NCBI GenBank assembly: GCA_965248265.1
Contig: CBDFJF010000001.1
Span: forward strand, 2,720,001-2,784,000
From: Candidatus Latescibacterota bacterium
GTDB lineage: Bacteria; Latescibacterota; UBA2968; UBA8231
DNA length: 64,000 nucleotides
Reading direction: 5' to 3'
Shown one piece after another: positions 18,120 through 28,671 of the stretch. The notes beneath the pieces were generated by a model. That model was not told the DNA's origin. It saw only the letters and a list, made by a program, of their open reading frames with translations, and did not search any database. Position 1 is the first letter of the stretch; each line of letters begins with the position of its first letter. Made by a program: the position numbers and the translations under genes.

Positions 18120-19940
18120 ATGACTGAACAGACTTCAACTCTGCCAACCTGGGACCTGTCCGACCTGTACGGCGGTGTCGATGATCCCGCCCTGGCGGCC
18201 GACCTCAAACGAATCGAAGGCGACGCAACTGCTTTCGAGAGCCGCTTCAAGGGCACGATCGCCTCAGAAAGCCTTACCGCCTCCCACCTGCGTGACGCTC
18301 TGGATGCCTACGAAGCATTGTTGACGGATCAGTACAAGCCGGAGTCGTACGCCTCTCTTCTCTACTCGACTGACGCCACCGATCCCCGGCGTGGAGCCTT
18401 GTTGCAGAAGACCCGCGAGTTCGATAGCACGATCGCAACGCATCTGGTGTTCTTCGACCTGGAAATAGGGCTCATTGCAGACGACGTGTACGATGTGATG
18501 GTTGCAGGCGATGAATCCCTGGCGCCGTACCGCCATTACCTGGACCACCAGCGTCAGCTGGCTGCCCACAATCTGTCGGAACCGGAAGAGAAAGTTCTTG
18601 TCGAAACCGCGAATTCGCGTGGCCGAGCTTTTGCCCGTCTGGCAACGGAGGTCAACACCCGCACCCGCTTCACGATCCGACTGGAAGGGGAAGGGGAAGA
18701 GGAGAAGACACAGAGCGAGATTTTGCCTCTGCTCTACGATGCCTCCCGCGAAACCAGACGCCTGGCTGCCTCCGCCATCTCGCAGGGTTTGGAGGCCAAC
18801 CGGCACGTGGGCACCTTCATCTACAATACGCTGTTGCACGAGAAGGATGTGCTGGATCGGCTGCGTGCTTATGACTCGCCTGAACAGAGTCGCCACCTGA
18901 ACAATGAACTGTCCGCGGACATCGTCGACACCGTGTCGGACGTTTGCGCCGCTAACTACGATATCGTCGCTGACTACTATCGGCTGAAGGCCCGGATGCT
19001 GAAGCTGCCGGAACTGACTCATTACGACCGCTACGCGCCGATTACGAGCGCTGAGAGCTCGTTTCCATTCGATCGTGCGCGGGAGATTGTTCTGGCCTCG
19101 TTCGCCGAGTTCTCGCCTCACCTGGCCGAGATTGCCGAACCGTTCTTCAGCCGCAGATGGATCGATGCGGCCCTCGCCGATGGCAAGAGAGGTGGCGCCT
19201 ATTGCGCCGGCATCACGCCCGATCACCATCCCTACGTGTTCCTCAACTACACCGAGCGCCCACGCGACGTGATGACCTTGGCACATGAGCTTGGGCATGG
19301 GGTCCATGATGTGCTCGCCTCCCGCAACCATTTGCTCGACTACCACCCGGTCCTCCCCATGGCGGAGACCGCCAGCACCTTTGCCGAAATGCTGGTATTC
19401 GAGCGGCTGCGCTCGGAGCTGTCTACGGAGGAGGAGCAACTTGCGCTGCTTTGTAGTAAGACAGAGGACACGTTCGCTACCGTCTTTCGCCAGATCGCCA
19501 TGTACCGGTTCGAACAGAGCGCCCACCGTGAGCGCCGGCGCGATGGCGAACTTCCGGCTGAGCGTTTGGACCAGCTGTGGCAAAGCCACATGCAGGAGAT
19601 GTTCGGCGACTCCATCCGGTTGGGGGATGAACACGCCTGCTGGTGGCTCTACATCCCCCATATCGTCGATGTCCCGTTTTACGTCTACGCCTACGCCTTC
19701 GGCGAACTGCTGGTGATGGCTCTGTACGCACGGTATCGCGCTGAGGGATCACCGTTCGTCGAGCGCTACTTTGAACTGCTGGCCAATGGTGGGGCACGCG
19801 CGCCGCGAGATTTGGTGTCGACGATGGGAATCGACATCGGCGACCGTGCGTTCTGGCAGGAGGGGTGTGATTTGATCCGGCGCAATGTCACCGAGGCCGT
19901 CGAGTTGGCTGGGCGGAGAGGCCAAATCTCTGGCGACTAG
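18120..19940 (+). CDS. M3B oligoendopeptidase F family peptidase
   Basis: WDLSDLY, WID...GKRGGAYC, TLAHELGHGVH, AETASTFAE, IPHI...FYVYAYAFG. Confidence 0.93.
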   Translation: MTEQTSTLPTWDLSDLYGGVDDPALAADLKRIEGDATAFESRFKGTIASESLTASHLRDALDAYEALLTDQYKPESYASLLYSTDATDPRRGALLQKTREFDSTIATHLVFFDLEIGLIADDVYDVMVAGDESLAPYRHYLDHQRQLAAHNLSEPEEKVLVETANSRGRAFARLATEVNTRTRFTIRLEGEGEEEKTQSEILPLLYDASRETRRLAASAISQGLEANRHVGTFIYNTLLHEKDVLDRLRAYDSPEQSRHLNNELSADIVDTVSDVCAANYDIVADYYRLKARMLKLPELTHYDRYAPITSAESSFPFDRAREIVLASFAEFSPHLAEIAEPFFSRRWIDAALADGKRGGAYCAGITPDHHPYVFLNYTERPRDVMTLAHELGHGVHDVLASRNHLLDYHPVLPMAETASTFAEMLVFERLRSELSTEEEQLALLCSKTEDTFATVFRQIAMYRFEQSAHRERRRDGELPAERLDQLWQSHMQEMFGDSIRLGDEHACWWLYIPHIVDVPFYVYAYAFGELLVMALYARYRAEGSPFVERYFELLANGGARAPRDLVSTMGIDIGDRAFWQEGCDLIRRNVTEAVELAGRRGQISGD

Positions 19941-19983
19941 CGATATTTGAGTGTAACTAACCCTGATCGATGTCGGAGACCAT

Positions 19984-21816
19984 ATGTGTGGAATCATTGG
20001 GTACCTGGGAAACAAGACGCTGACCCAGGTCTTGATTACCGGGTTGCAACGCCTCGAGTACCGCGGCTATGACTCAGCAGGAGTGTGTGCGGTCGAGGGC
20101 GGTGCCCTGTCATTGCGCAAGTCTGCAGGGCGCATCAGCGAGTTGGAGAAACGGCTCGAAGAGGACCCCGTCGAAGGCTCTGTCGGCATCGCCCACACAC
20201 GTTGGGCGACCCATGGCACTCCCAACGATGAGAATGCGCATCCACATGCCGACGCCTCTGGGAAGTTCGCTCTCGTTCACAACGGTATCATCGAAAACCA
20301 CAGCGCCGTCCGGGCTTACCTTGAAGAGAAAGGTGTCGAATTCAGCAGCGACACGGACACGGAGGCGCTGGTCCAGTTGATCGGTTATCTCTACGCGGAG
20401 TCTGGTGATCTGGTGGCGAGCGTGCGTCGCGCTCTCGGCGATGTGACCGGGGCCTATGGCATCGCCTTGGTTTGCACCGACGCCCCCGACACCCTGATCG
20501 CCGCCCGTCGTGGCAGCCCGCTCATCGTCGGTGTCGGCGAAGGGGAGTACCTCGTCTCCTCCGACGGCAGCGCCATCGTCGAGCACACCAGCCAGGTCAT
20601 CTATCTACACGACAACGAGATGGTCTGTCTGGGACCCAAGGGGATCGAGGTCAGTACCATCGATGCGCAGCCAGTACACCGGGAAATCGATACGCTCGAA
20701 TTGACGCTCGACCAGATTCAACTGGGCGGCTATGAGCATTTCATGCTCAAGGAGATCCACGAGCAGCCTGAAAGCCTGCGCAACTGCCTACGCGGACGCC
20801 TGGATCGGCGGTCCGGCGTCACCAAGCTCGGCGGCCTTGAAGGCCTGGATCGCGAACTGGCCCGTTGTGAGCGCATCATGCTTACAGCATGTGGCACCGC
20901 ATGGCATGCGGCTCTGATCGGAGAGTACCTCTTTGAAGAATTGGCCCGGGTACAGACTGAGGTTGAGTACGCCAGCGAGCTGCGCTATCGCAACCCGGTC
21001 ATCGAACGCGACACCATCGGTATCGTCATCAGTCAGTCTGGAGAAACCGCTGACAGCCTTGCGGCCTTGCGCGAAATGCGCACCAGGGGCGCCACGGTGC
21101 TGGGCATCGTCAATGCCGTGGGTTCAACCATCGCCCGCGAGACGGATGCCGGCATCTATCTTCACGCCGGCGCCGAAATCGGTGTCGCCAGCACCAAGGC
21201 ATTCACGGCCCAGGTCGCAGTGCTGGCGATGATGGCCGTGGACACCGGACGGAGACGCCACCTCGCCCCGGATCGAACTTCCCAGTTTCTGGCTGAACTC
21301 GATGAACTGCCGGGCAAGGTCGAAACGGCCATCGGACTCGACAAACAGGCAGGGGAGCTGGCGCAGCGGTTGAGCAGTTGCGACAACTGGTTGTACCTGG
21401 GACGGGGCGTTAACTATCCGGTGGCACTCGAAGGAGCCCTCAAGCTGAAGGAGATCAGCTACATTCACGCAGAAGGCCTGCCGGCAGCGGAGATGAAGCA
21501 TGGTCCCATCGCCTTGATAGACGAGAACATGCCCGTCCTCGTCATCGCTCCCAGGGACCACACCTATGAGAAGGTCCTCGCCAACATCGAGGAAGTGCGT
21601 TCCCGGCACGGAAGAGTCATCGCCATCGCCAGTGAAAGGGATGCCGAACTGGAAAGACTGGCTGAGGAGGTCATGTACGTGCCCTCGACCCTGCCCCTGT
21701 TGTCCCCGATCATCACTACCGTGCCCCTCCAGCTCATCGCGTATCATGCGGCACTGGCACGCGGTCACGACGTCGACAAGCCGCGCAACCTGGCGAAAAG
21801 TGTGACGGTCGAGTAA
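19984..21816 (+). CDS. glmS: Glutamine--fructose-6-phosphate aminotransferase (isomerizing)
   Basis: MCGIIG, LEYRGYDSAG, HTRWATHG, SQSGETAD, VASTKAFT, EGALKLKEISYIHAEG, DKPRNLAKSVTVE. Confidence 0.98.
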   Translation: MCGIIGYLGNKTLTQVLITGLQRLEYRGYDSAGVCAVEGGALSLRKSAGRISELEKRLEEDPVEGSVGIAHTRWATHGTPNDENAHPHADASGKFALVHNGIIENHSAVRAYLEEKGVEFSSDTDTEALVQLIGYLYAESGDLVASVRRALGDVTGAYGIALVCTDAPDTLIAARRGSPLIVGVGEGEYLVSSDGSAIVEHTSQVIYLHDNEMVCLGPKGIEVSTIDAQPVHREIDTLELTLDQIQLGGYEHFMLKEIHEQPESLRNCLRGRLDRRSGVTKLGGLEGLDRELARCERIMLTACGTAWHAALIGEYLFEELARVQTEVEYASELRYRNPVIERDTIGIVISQSGETADSLAALREMRTRGATVLGIVNAVGSTIARETDAGIYLHAGAEIGVASTKAFTAQVAVLAMMAVDTGRRRHLAPDRTSQFLAELDELPGKVETAIGLDKQAGELAQRLSSCDNWLYLGRGVNYPVALEGALKLKEISYIHAEGLPAAEMKHGPIALIDENMPVLVIAPRDHTYEKVLANIEEVRSRHGRVIAIASERDAELERLAEEVMYVPSTLPLLSPIITTVPLQLIAYHAALARGHDVDKPRNLAKSVTVE

Positions 21817-21835
21817 CCGTCCGAGTATGTTCCAC

Positions 21836-22765
21836 CTATTCGGTGCCGGTGCTCCTGCCGTTGACGATGGCGATACCGGCCGCGACCAGCAGCATGCTCA
21901 AGATCAGCTGAACCGTCACCTCATCCTGTAGCAACACCACGCTCAGCAAGACCCCCAGAATGGGCGTGGCGAAACCGAAAATGCCGAGCCTGGTGGCGCT
22001 ATGGCGCCGGAGCAGGTAGAGCCACAGGATGAAACAGAGGCCGGCGACGACGACCCCTTGGTACAGCACCGCGCCGATAACGGGACCGGTGATGTTCCAG
22101 GTCTCTTCCTGCTCGAACAGAGCAGCCAGTACACAGAACACGGGCACGCTGAGCGTCGATTGCCAGAACAGGACAGCGTACGGGTGCATGTCGTGTACGA
22201 GTCGTTTCAGAACGACCTGACGTAGTCCCAGCAGGATGGCACTGCCGAAGACGATCAGATCACCCCATAGAAAATGGCCGTAGTCCTGGAGCGCCAGTGC
22301 ATCACTGAAAATCAAGAGCATTCCAGCGAAGGCCAGACTGATACCGACGACCTTCGCCAGCGTCAGGCGATCGCCGGGCACCCAGACATGGCAGAATAGG
22401 GCGATAAAAAACGGATGGGCCGAGATCAAAATGGATGATCGGCTGGCGCTCGTCAGCTGCGTGCCTTCGTTGAGAAAGACGATCTGCAGAATGAACAGAG
22501 CGCTGAGCCCGAGTAGTCTGAGGGCGTGAGAGCTGTGCACCCGCAGTGAGACACCGGCGATCGCGGCCGCCGTGGAAACGACGACCAGACCGACAGCAAA
22601 ACGGGCCGCCGCCATGGCCAGCGGCGGCATGCCCGAGAGGCCGATCTTGATGAAGGGTTGATTGCCACCCCACAACAGGGCGGCCAATAGCGCCAGCAAA
22701 GCGGCGCTGAGGCCGACGCGGTCATTGCGGATTTCTGTGGTCGTGGGTGCGGCTGGTGCGCTCAC
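21836..22765 (-). CDS. DMT/EamA family transporter
   Basis: About 10 TM helices; LLWGGN, PPLAMAAARF, two EamA halves. Confidence 0.9.
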   Translation of the reverse strand: MSAPAAPTTTEIRNDRVGLSAALLALLAALLWGGNQPFIKIGLSGMPPLAMAAARFAVGLVVVSTAAAIAGVSLRVHSSHALRLLGLSALFILQIVFLNEGTQLTSASRSSILISAHPFFIALFCHVWVPGDRLTLAKVVGISLAFAGMLLIFSDALALQDYGHFLWGDLIVFGSAILLGLRQVVLKRLVHDMHPYAVLFWQSTLSVPVFCVLAALFEQEETWNITGPVIGAVLYQGVVVAGLCFILWLYLLRRHSATRLGIFGFATPILGVLLSVVLLQDEVTVQLILSMLLVAAGIAIVNGRSTGTE

Positions 22766-23424
22766 TCCTGGATGTAGGCGCTCTTGATGTAGTCCAGGTT
22801 GGGGAAGAGCTTGTTCAGGTACTTGTTGCCCTTCAGGCCGATCTGCTGCTGATTGGGCTTCTGCTGGTACTCGGCATTGATCGCCTGAACCGCCTCCATG
22901 CCTTCCGTGATCGTCCCGAAAGGGGCGAAACCCTGGCCATCAAGGTTCCCGGCATTGTTGCCAAGATTGATAAACATCTGAGTCGTCCGGGAGTTTGGCA
23001 TATTCGTCTTGGCAAAGGTGATGGTACCCGGCGTGTTGCTCGACACGACCGGGTCATCTGGAATGCTCGCGCTGTGCCATTTGGCCGTTACCTCCGGATC
23101 CCCGTGCATCCCCCACTGAACCACGAACCCCGGCAACACGCGAAAGAATCGCTGCTCATTGTAATAGCCGTTGCGAACCAGATTGTAAAAGCGGTCGACA
23201 CCGTTGGGTGACAGCTCTCTCTTCACATCGATGACGAAATCTCCCGCACTGGTCTCGAACTTGGCGCGGAATTCGTCAGGTGCTGTTTTGTTCATCTCGG
23301 GACCAGCTGGATCCATTAACGCCTCCTCGTTGACCTGCACCGTGGCGCCATCACCTTCCGCGCCGCAGCCCAGGCAGAGGATAGTCACCGCTAGCAAACT
23401 GAGTACTGTCTTGACCACTGGCAT
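22762..23424 (-). CDS. Cyclophilin-type peptidyl-prolyl isomerase (lipoprotein)
   Basis: CLGC lipobox; FFRVLPGFVVQWG, GTITFA, SRTTQMFINL, GFAPFG; start placed at ATG 23424 after GAAGGA. Confidence 0.92.
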   Translation of the reverse strand: MPVVKTVLSLLAVTILCLGCGAEGDGATVQVNEEALMDPAGPEMNKTAPDEFRAKFETSAGDFVIDVKRELSPNGVDRFYNLVRNGYYNEQRFFRVLPGFVVQWGMHGDPEVTAKWHSASIPDDPVVSSNTPGTITFAKTNMPNSRTTQMFINLGNNAGNLDGQGFAPFGTITEGMEAVQAINAEYQQKPNQQQIGLKGNKYLNKLFPNLDYIKSAYIQE

Positions 23425-23467
23425 TTTCTCTCGTCCTTCTTTAGGTGATGTACGTCCTATTCGAGCT

Positions 23468-25726
23468 CTACAGCTCGGAAACGGCACCGGCAATGGCCTC
23501 GGCAGTGATACCGAAATGACCCCAAGTTTCCATGTGTCCGTCCGCGGGCGCGATTCGAGGATCGGTGACACCCACATGGGCACATGGCAAACCAGCGCTG
23601 CCGGCAAGGCCGGAAACGAGACCGGCGAATCCTCGCACTCCGGTCTGGCGTGTACCGATGAAACCATCTTCAACGGTAACGATACCAGCGGTGTGGGTGG
23701 CGAGCAATCCCTCCAACGCTCCGGGAGGCAGCGGCAGGCCGTTGACTATATAGACATCCGTTGGCAACCCGCGTTTTGCCAGTTGCTCGGCTGCATCGTC
23801 TGCCACAAACGCCGGAGCACCCATGGCTACGATGGCCCGCTCGGCTCCCGGGTGGAGCCGGTATTCGGTAACGGCCTCCCACGCTGAATCCGCGTTCCAC
23901 AGCGGGTTTCCGTCTGCATTCGTCAGAATGGGCAGATTGTCACGCGGTATGCCGATGATGTGGCCACCGTAGTGGGCGGCCAGATCACGGACGGCTAGGA
24001 ATGCGGAGCGAGCATCCGCCGGCGCGTAAAAGCGGTGCAGGTAAGGCAGGTAGGTCAGGCCGATGTTGATCCAGTCCAACCCCCAGCCCGAGAAATGATC
24101 GCGTCCGGTGCAGGCACCTACATGAGAGACGTGAAAGGTTACGTTTAGCCCTTCGTTGACGCCCGTCAGGTTGCGCTGGTAGCGCCACATGTCGAAGCCT
24201 TCTCGCGCGATACCCTCGTAGAAGGCGGCGAAGGTCGAGACGACATTCAGTTGCTGTTTGTTCGAACTCATCGCCAACCCGTCCGCCAGCAGTGTCGCCG
24301 CCTGCTCCTCGATGCTCATTTCGAACTGGTGATCAGGGGCGATGAACCCACGGGCTTTCGACAGCTTCGTCGAAGGGTCCAGATCACAGCTGACAACGAA
24401 GACATTTTCCGGAAATGCCTTGGCGACAGCAGCGTAACCGGCCTCTGATCCGTTGCGAGCACTGACCGTCTCGCCGACCTCAGGCAAATCAACGGCGTTC
24501 AGCGCGCTCTTTGGAAGAACCAGGTTTGGACTGCCGGGCGCCGGCCTTGCTTTCGTAGTCACGCGACGCTGTTTGCTGCTGCGCAACGCCGCCATTGCCG
24601 TATCGTGAGCAGCGGTGAACTGCAACATCGGGTTGGCCAGCACTTCAGCCTCATCACGACCCTTCAACGAGCCGTCGTGGTGTCCCTCACCGCCGGGTAA
24701 TCCATTGACGAGGAAGAGGCATTCGATCATCGAGCCCACATCCCTGAAGCTCATCAGCGCGCCGGGAATCCACACCTGCTGGCTCATGGAAACGCCATGC
24801 GACTGGGCAAAAGCACTCACCGCGTCTGTAACCCCGTACGACTCTCCAAAGTGACTGAGATCGATCGTCACTCCGCCGCCGGAGCGAAAACCGACCGGAT
24901 AGATGAGACTGGCTTTGCCTCGTCGGGCACAGGCGTTCGCATGCCGGTAAGCCTCGTACAGAGCCTGGACGTCATGTAACGTTGGAATCTCGATGATCTC
25001 GACCCCCAACGACTCGATCACCGGCCGGGGATCGCGGTCCAGGATGCTTTTCGTCGTGCCGGAGAGCTGAATGCCATTGCGGTGCATGACGAAGGTGATG
25101 GGAGCCTCGTGCACGGAGGCCCCGTTGAAACCGTTGAGTGCCTGGCCCGAGATCCAACCGGCGTCCCCGCAGTGGACGACCACCCAGCTGCCGTCACCGA
25201 TGACGGCGCGTTTGCCAAGGGCCTGCCCCACGGCGGTCGGTATCATCACTCCCAGACGACCACCGTTGAGAGGAGTACCGCCGGGCAACCAGGAGACATG
25301 ACCGGGAACGTCGAGGCCTCGGCGAAAGCCATCGACTACATCTTGCTCTTCCAGAAAACCAAGAGCAGCAAGGGCCGAAAAGTAGCCGATGCTGGTGTGG
25401 GCGTGCTCTATCGTGTACTCAACCTTGTCGTAATCCGTAACAGCCAAGGTTAGCAACAACGGCGGAATCAGATCCAGTCCGCCGCCGAGATGGTCGACTT
25501 CATTGATCTTGGCCAGTGATCCCAATGCCTTGATCGCCGTGCGCGCTGCCTGAATCGACAGTGCCTCGTGCGTACCCACTTGATCGGCGCTGAGCCTTTC
25601 GCCACTGATATCAATCTGAAATGGCAGCACGTCAGAGGTAGTGGAACTGCCCAGATACCGGGACTGGGCCAGAAGTCGCGTGTTGCGAGCCGCCTGCTCC
25701 TCAGACCCTTGTTGTATGCCGATCAT
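23468..25726 (-). CDS. Divergent single-chain transketolase-like ThDP enzyme
   Basis: HLGGGL, PGHV, GRLG..IPTAVG.ALG, GDAG...N (ThDP motif), DLDPST, SIEEQ, STFAAF, VTVED. Confidence 0.75.
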   Translation of the reverse strand: MIGIQQGSEEQAARNTRLLAQSRYLGSSTTSDVLPFQIDISGERLSADQVGTHEALSIQAARTAIKALGSLAKINEVDHLGGGLDLIPPLLLTLAVTDYDKVEYTIEHAHTSIGYFSALAALGFLEEQDVVDGFRRGLDVPGHVSWLPGGTPLNGGRLGVMIPTAVGQALGKRAVIGDGSWVVVHCGDAGWISGQALNGFNGASVHEAPITFVMHRNGIQLSGTTKSILDRDPRPVIESLGVEIIEIPTLHDVQALYEAYRHANACARRGKASLIYPVGFRSGGGVTIDLSHFGESYGVTDAVSAFAQSHGVSMSQQVWIPGALMSFRDVGSMIECLFLVNGLPGGEGHHDGSLKGRDEAEVLANPMLQFTAAHDTAMAALRSSKQRRVTTKARPAPGSPNLVLPKSALNAVDLPEVGETVSARNGSEAGYAAVAKAFPENVFVVSCDLDPSTKLSKARGFIAPDHQFEMSIEEQAATLLADGLAMSSNKQQLNVVSTFAAFYEGIAREGFDMWRYQRNLTGVNEGLNVTFHVSHVGACTGRDHFSGWGLDWINIGLTYLPYLHRFYAPADARSAFLAVRDLAAHYGGHIIGIPRDNLPILTNADGNPLWNADSAWEAVTEYRLHPGAERAIVAMGAPAFVADDAAEQLAKRGLPTDVYIVNGLPLPPGALEGLLATHTAGIVTVEDGFIGTRQTGVRGFAGLVSGLAGSAGLPCAHVGVTDPRIAPADGHMETWGHFGITAEAIAGAVSEL

Positions 25727-25797
25727 CGATTACCCTCCAGAATCTTGAAGGGTATAGCATATCAAGGCGATGGAGGCTCGGCAAGGAGGCGCGCGCT

Positions 25798-26868
25798 TTA
25801 CTCTCCCGCCCAGTAGTCGACAGCGTCCCGTTTTCGAAAATTGAGTCTCTGCGGCAGCGCCTTGACACCGATTTTCTCCGTGTCGGGGTACTCGGAAACG
25901 TCGTGCGCATCCTCGTTTCCCAGCGCCAGCATGACACAGGGCTCGTCGCTCTCGTTGACGAATTTGTGAGCGCTGCTAGCGCCGGGAGGGAAGCTCAGAA
26001 AATCTCCCGCCCGAACCGAGTGCCGACCGCTGCGGGTGATGACCGTGCACTCGCCCTCCATGATCTGGAAGAGTTCCTCGGTCACGTGGTGGAAGTGATA
26101 GGGGAAGGTGGCCTGGCCTGGCGGCAGGCGGATCAGACGGTACCCGAGACGCCGTGCACCGATTTGTGAGTCGATTTCCTTGGATTCCCATCGATAACCG
26201 TCTCGAGTGCTGCAGGGCGTCCAGTCCATTTCGTCGACGTGGATGCTGTTGATGAAGATGTCACTGCGCGACTCGAGGCAGCGCAACAAGCGTTCCCTGG
26301 CGCCCGAGAGCAGTGAATGGCCGTCCCCCAACAGGATAGCGTCAAACTCAAGGGCCAACAGCTTCCGCAGCTCAAGCACGGCAGCGGCCGGATTCTCCAG
26401 TTTCGGATCAGGCAGGATACTGAGTTCACCCAGCGGCTCCCCTACAATCAGGTCACCGGCGAGGACAAGCCGTTTCTGCGGCCAGTAGAGGGCGATCTCT
26501 CCGGGGCTCTTGCCGTGGCGTAGATGAACGGCCAGCAGTCCCGGGACGATCTCCTCTGCGTCGGCGACGGTGCGGTCGGGAGTGGTCTCCACGAGTGGTG
26601 CATCCGCTTCGTGGGTGACGACCTGGGCACCGGTGCGATCGCGAAAGAACGCCGCCTCACGCTCGTGGTCACGATTGGTGATGACGATGTGGCTGACAGG
26701 ACCCAGGCTGTCGAGCTGCTCCAGGTCCGAGTCAATCATGGGTACCGGGTCGATGAGGATGTTGCTCTCCCCTTCCCGCACCCACAGGTGTCCGTTGAAA
26801 TCGATTTGCCGATCCTCGTTGAAGATGGACCAGGAATAGAATTCGTTCTTCCCCAATGTTCGTTTCAT
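25798..26868 (-). CDS. MBL-fold (degenerate) plus cupin fusion protein
   Basis: ILIDP, ITNRDHERE, HGKSPGE, LAGD, GDGH; cupin PYHFHHVTEELF..MEG...GDF..FPPG..SAHKFVN; ATG 26868 after GGGAG. Confidence 0.8.
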   Translation of the reverse strand: MKRTLGKNEFYSWSIFNEDRQIDFNGHLWVREGESNILIDPVPMIDSDLEQLDSLGPVSHIVITNRDHEREAAFFRDRTGAQVVTHEADAPLVETTPDRTVADAEEIVPGLLAVHLRHGKSPGEIALYWPQKRLVLAGDLIVGEPLGELSILPDPKLENPAAAVLELRKLLALEFDAILLGDGHSLLSGARERLLRCLESRSDIFINSIHVDEMDWTPCSTRDGYRWESKEIDSQIGARRLGYRLIRLPPGQATFPYHFHHVTEELFQIMEGECTVITRSGRHSVRAGDFLSFPPGASSAHKFVNESDEPCVMLALGNEDAHDVSEYPDTEKIGVKALPQRLNFRKRDAVDYWAGE

Positions 26869-27090
26869 GGTCTGCTCACTCCCGCACCTCGGCGCCAGTA
26901 ACGACATTACCCGTTCGATTGCTTGAAAACAGCAGGCTGACCCCCACCGTGTCAATCGGCGCTTTGCGGGAGCAGATACAGACGAGGACGATCCCGTGCC
27001 GACAAAACGAGGGCAGTACTGTAATTGGGAAAGCGGTGTTCGCGATGAAAGGTTGTTATCTGGATGCAGAGAGCCGAAGCCCGGCCGCGT

Positions 27091-27879
27091 TCATGTGCGA
27101 CGGCGCAACGCGTAGGCTCCGGTGCCGACGAGGAGGAACAGCATTGCTTTCTCTCCGCCAAATGGTATCGTCACCGCGGCGCCGTCGGTGGTCTTGGCGG
27201 GCCCGCCGCCGATGACGATGTGGTTGGCATTGTCGGCCAGCACCGGCAACCCGATATCGGAGTCAACCCCCCCGAGCCCTGTTTCTTCCATTCCGATGTT
27301 GTTGACGACGGCGCCGACCCGGAATGCATGGTCGGCGGTTGCCTGTCCGGAAATGCGCACTGAGATAATGAAGAAAATGGAACCTTGATCCGGAATGTCT
27401 CTGTCCACACCGGCTCCCGTGGCATCGACCTCCGTGATCGCGCCGATGTTTACCGGCGAGACCGAGGACATGAAGGTGTCAGCGCCGTCCAGAATCCCGT
27501 CCAGGCTGCGGTAGAGACGCATCTCAGTGAAGTCGCCGGAGACGATGCCGGTCGCCGTGGTCAAATCCGAAATGGTTAGCTGGATGCCTGTATTGAGTCC
27601 GACCCTGCCCAGGTGCCCATCAGGAGCGCCAAAAGGTCCTCCGTCCGCCAACTCGGTGGCATATATCTGAATCTCGTTGCCGAACTGGACCTGGGTTATA
27701 CCGGTCAGGCCGGTGACGCTCAGTGGAACATGAACCTGGCCGGAACCAGCTTGCGGCCAGAGCAGGCATGCCATGATCACCCACAGCCAGGCGAAGTACG
27801 GGGTAACACCGACTGCGCGTCGGGTTGTGCAATTGTCGTGATCGTCGACCATGTCGCCTGAAAAGGAAGGAATCGGCAC
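27091..27879 (-). CDS. Secreted beta-sandwich protein with C-terminal sorting signal (IPFGG motif, TM, RRR); putative exosortase target (start uncertain)
   Basis: N-terminal hydrophobic signal ending PQAGSG; C-terminus ...AVTIPFGGEKAMLFLLVGTGAYALRRRT*; lies next to an exosortase. Confidence 0.75.
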   Translation of the reverse strand: MPIPSFSGDMVDDHDNCTTRRAVGVTPYFAWLWVIMACLLWPQAGSGQVHVPLSVTGLTGITQVQFGNEIQIYATELADGGPFGAPDGHLGRVGLNTGIQLTISDLTTATGIVSGDFTEMRLYRSLDGILDGADTFMSSVSPVNIGAITEVDATGAGVDRDIPDQGSIFFIISVRISGQATADHAFRVGAVVNNIGMEETGLGGVDSDIGLPVLADNANHIVIGGGPAKTTDGAAVTIPFGGEKAMLFLLVGTGAYALRRRT

Positions 27880-27966
27880 GCTGTTGACCCGCCGTTCGGG
27901 CGCAACACTCCTATTCCTCTATATCGGCGTTCAGGCGATTTGGCTACAGCGGTTTTTCGTCTCTCT

Positions 27967-28671
27967 CTATCGCGATGGTTCAGACAGCCAATGGCTCCAT
28001 CGGGGAAACAGGCGGCAAACACTCGCCCAGCTCCACTGAGTGGGGAGAGCTGGTATGTCATCAGCCTGACCGGCTGTAACTGGCGCGGCAGCAGGTGTCC
28101 GCAAAACGGCCGTCGATCGATTTCGGATGGCGACGTACCAGACGGCCAAGCCAAGCCCGTAGCGAGCCCAGACGTTCCACAGCTCCAGGAGGCGAACCCA
28201 CAACGGGTCCAGAACACCGAATGCGGCGCTCAATTGGGCTGCCGCCGTCGCACTGGCCTCTGTGGGGGTCAATGTTGCGAGATAGCCGCCGATGGCCACC
28301 TGGCCACCCAATAGAAAGCTGAACACGTGAGTGGCCCAGAGGAACAGCCAGCTGCAGGCAATCCACCGCGCCCGCCACCCCCAACTCACGCCGGAAGTGG
28401 CCGTGAACAGGGCCGCGACTGCGATCAAGTTCAGGTAGACTGAGTCGTAGTCCAACGCCTGCAATCTCAAGCCACCGACGACGGGTTCATAGACGTAGAG
28501 CAGCAGGTCTCGCCTCTGCTCGAGGTGCAACGGCAGGTGTTGCTGCTCAAGCAGCCAGTTTACCGCCGGCACTACCGTGCGCAGGTAGACATTGGAAATC
28601 ACGTCCCAGGCGCACAGGGCGATGCTGGACGCGGCCACGAAGCGGACCAGGAACAGAAGGCTGCACCTCAA
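27967..28671 (-). CDS. Exosortase-associated membrane protein (XrtH-partner-like)
   Basis: Four TM segments; YLNLIAVAALFTAT, W..R...FLWATHV; TTG start overlaps the exosortase stop (TTGA). Confidence 0.65.
   Translation of the reverse strand: MRCSLLFLVRFVAASSIALCAWDVISNVYLRTVVPAVNWLLEQQHLPLHLEQRRDLLLYVYEPVVGGLRLQALDYDSVYLNLIAVAALFTATSGVSWGWRARWIACSWLFLWATHVFSFLLGGQVAIGGYLATLTPTEASATAAAQLSAAFGVLDPLWVRLLELWNVWARYGLGLAVWYVAIRNRSTAVLRTPAAAPVTAGQADDIPALPTQWSWASVCRLFPRWSHWLSEPSR

Noticed and set aside
18264-19661. Long antisense ORFs (also 32864..34186, 37415..38605, 45768..46541)
   Set aside because: Shadow ORFs opposite well-supported genes in high-GC DNA, with no motifs
19941-19983. glmS ribozyme
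   Set aside because: The intergenic gap is only 43 bp and no core motif is visible
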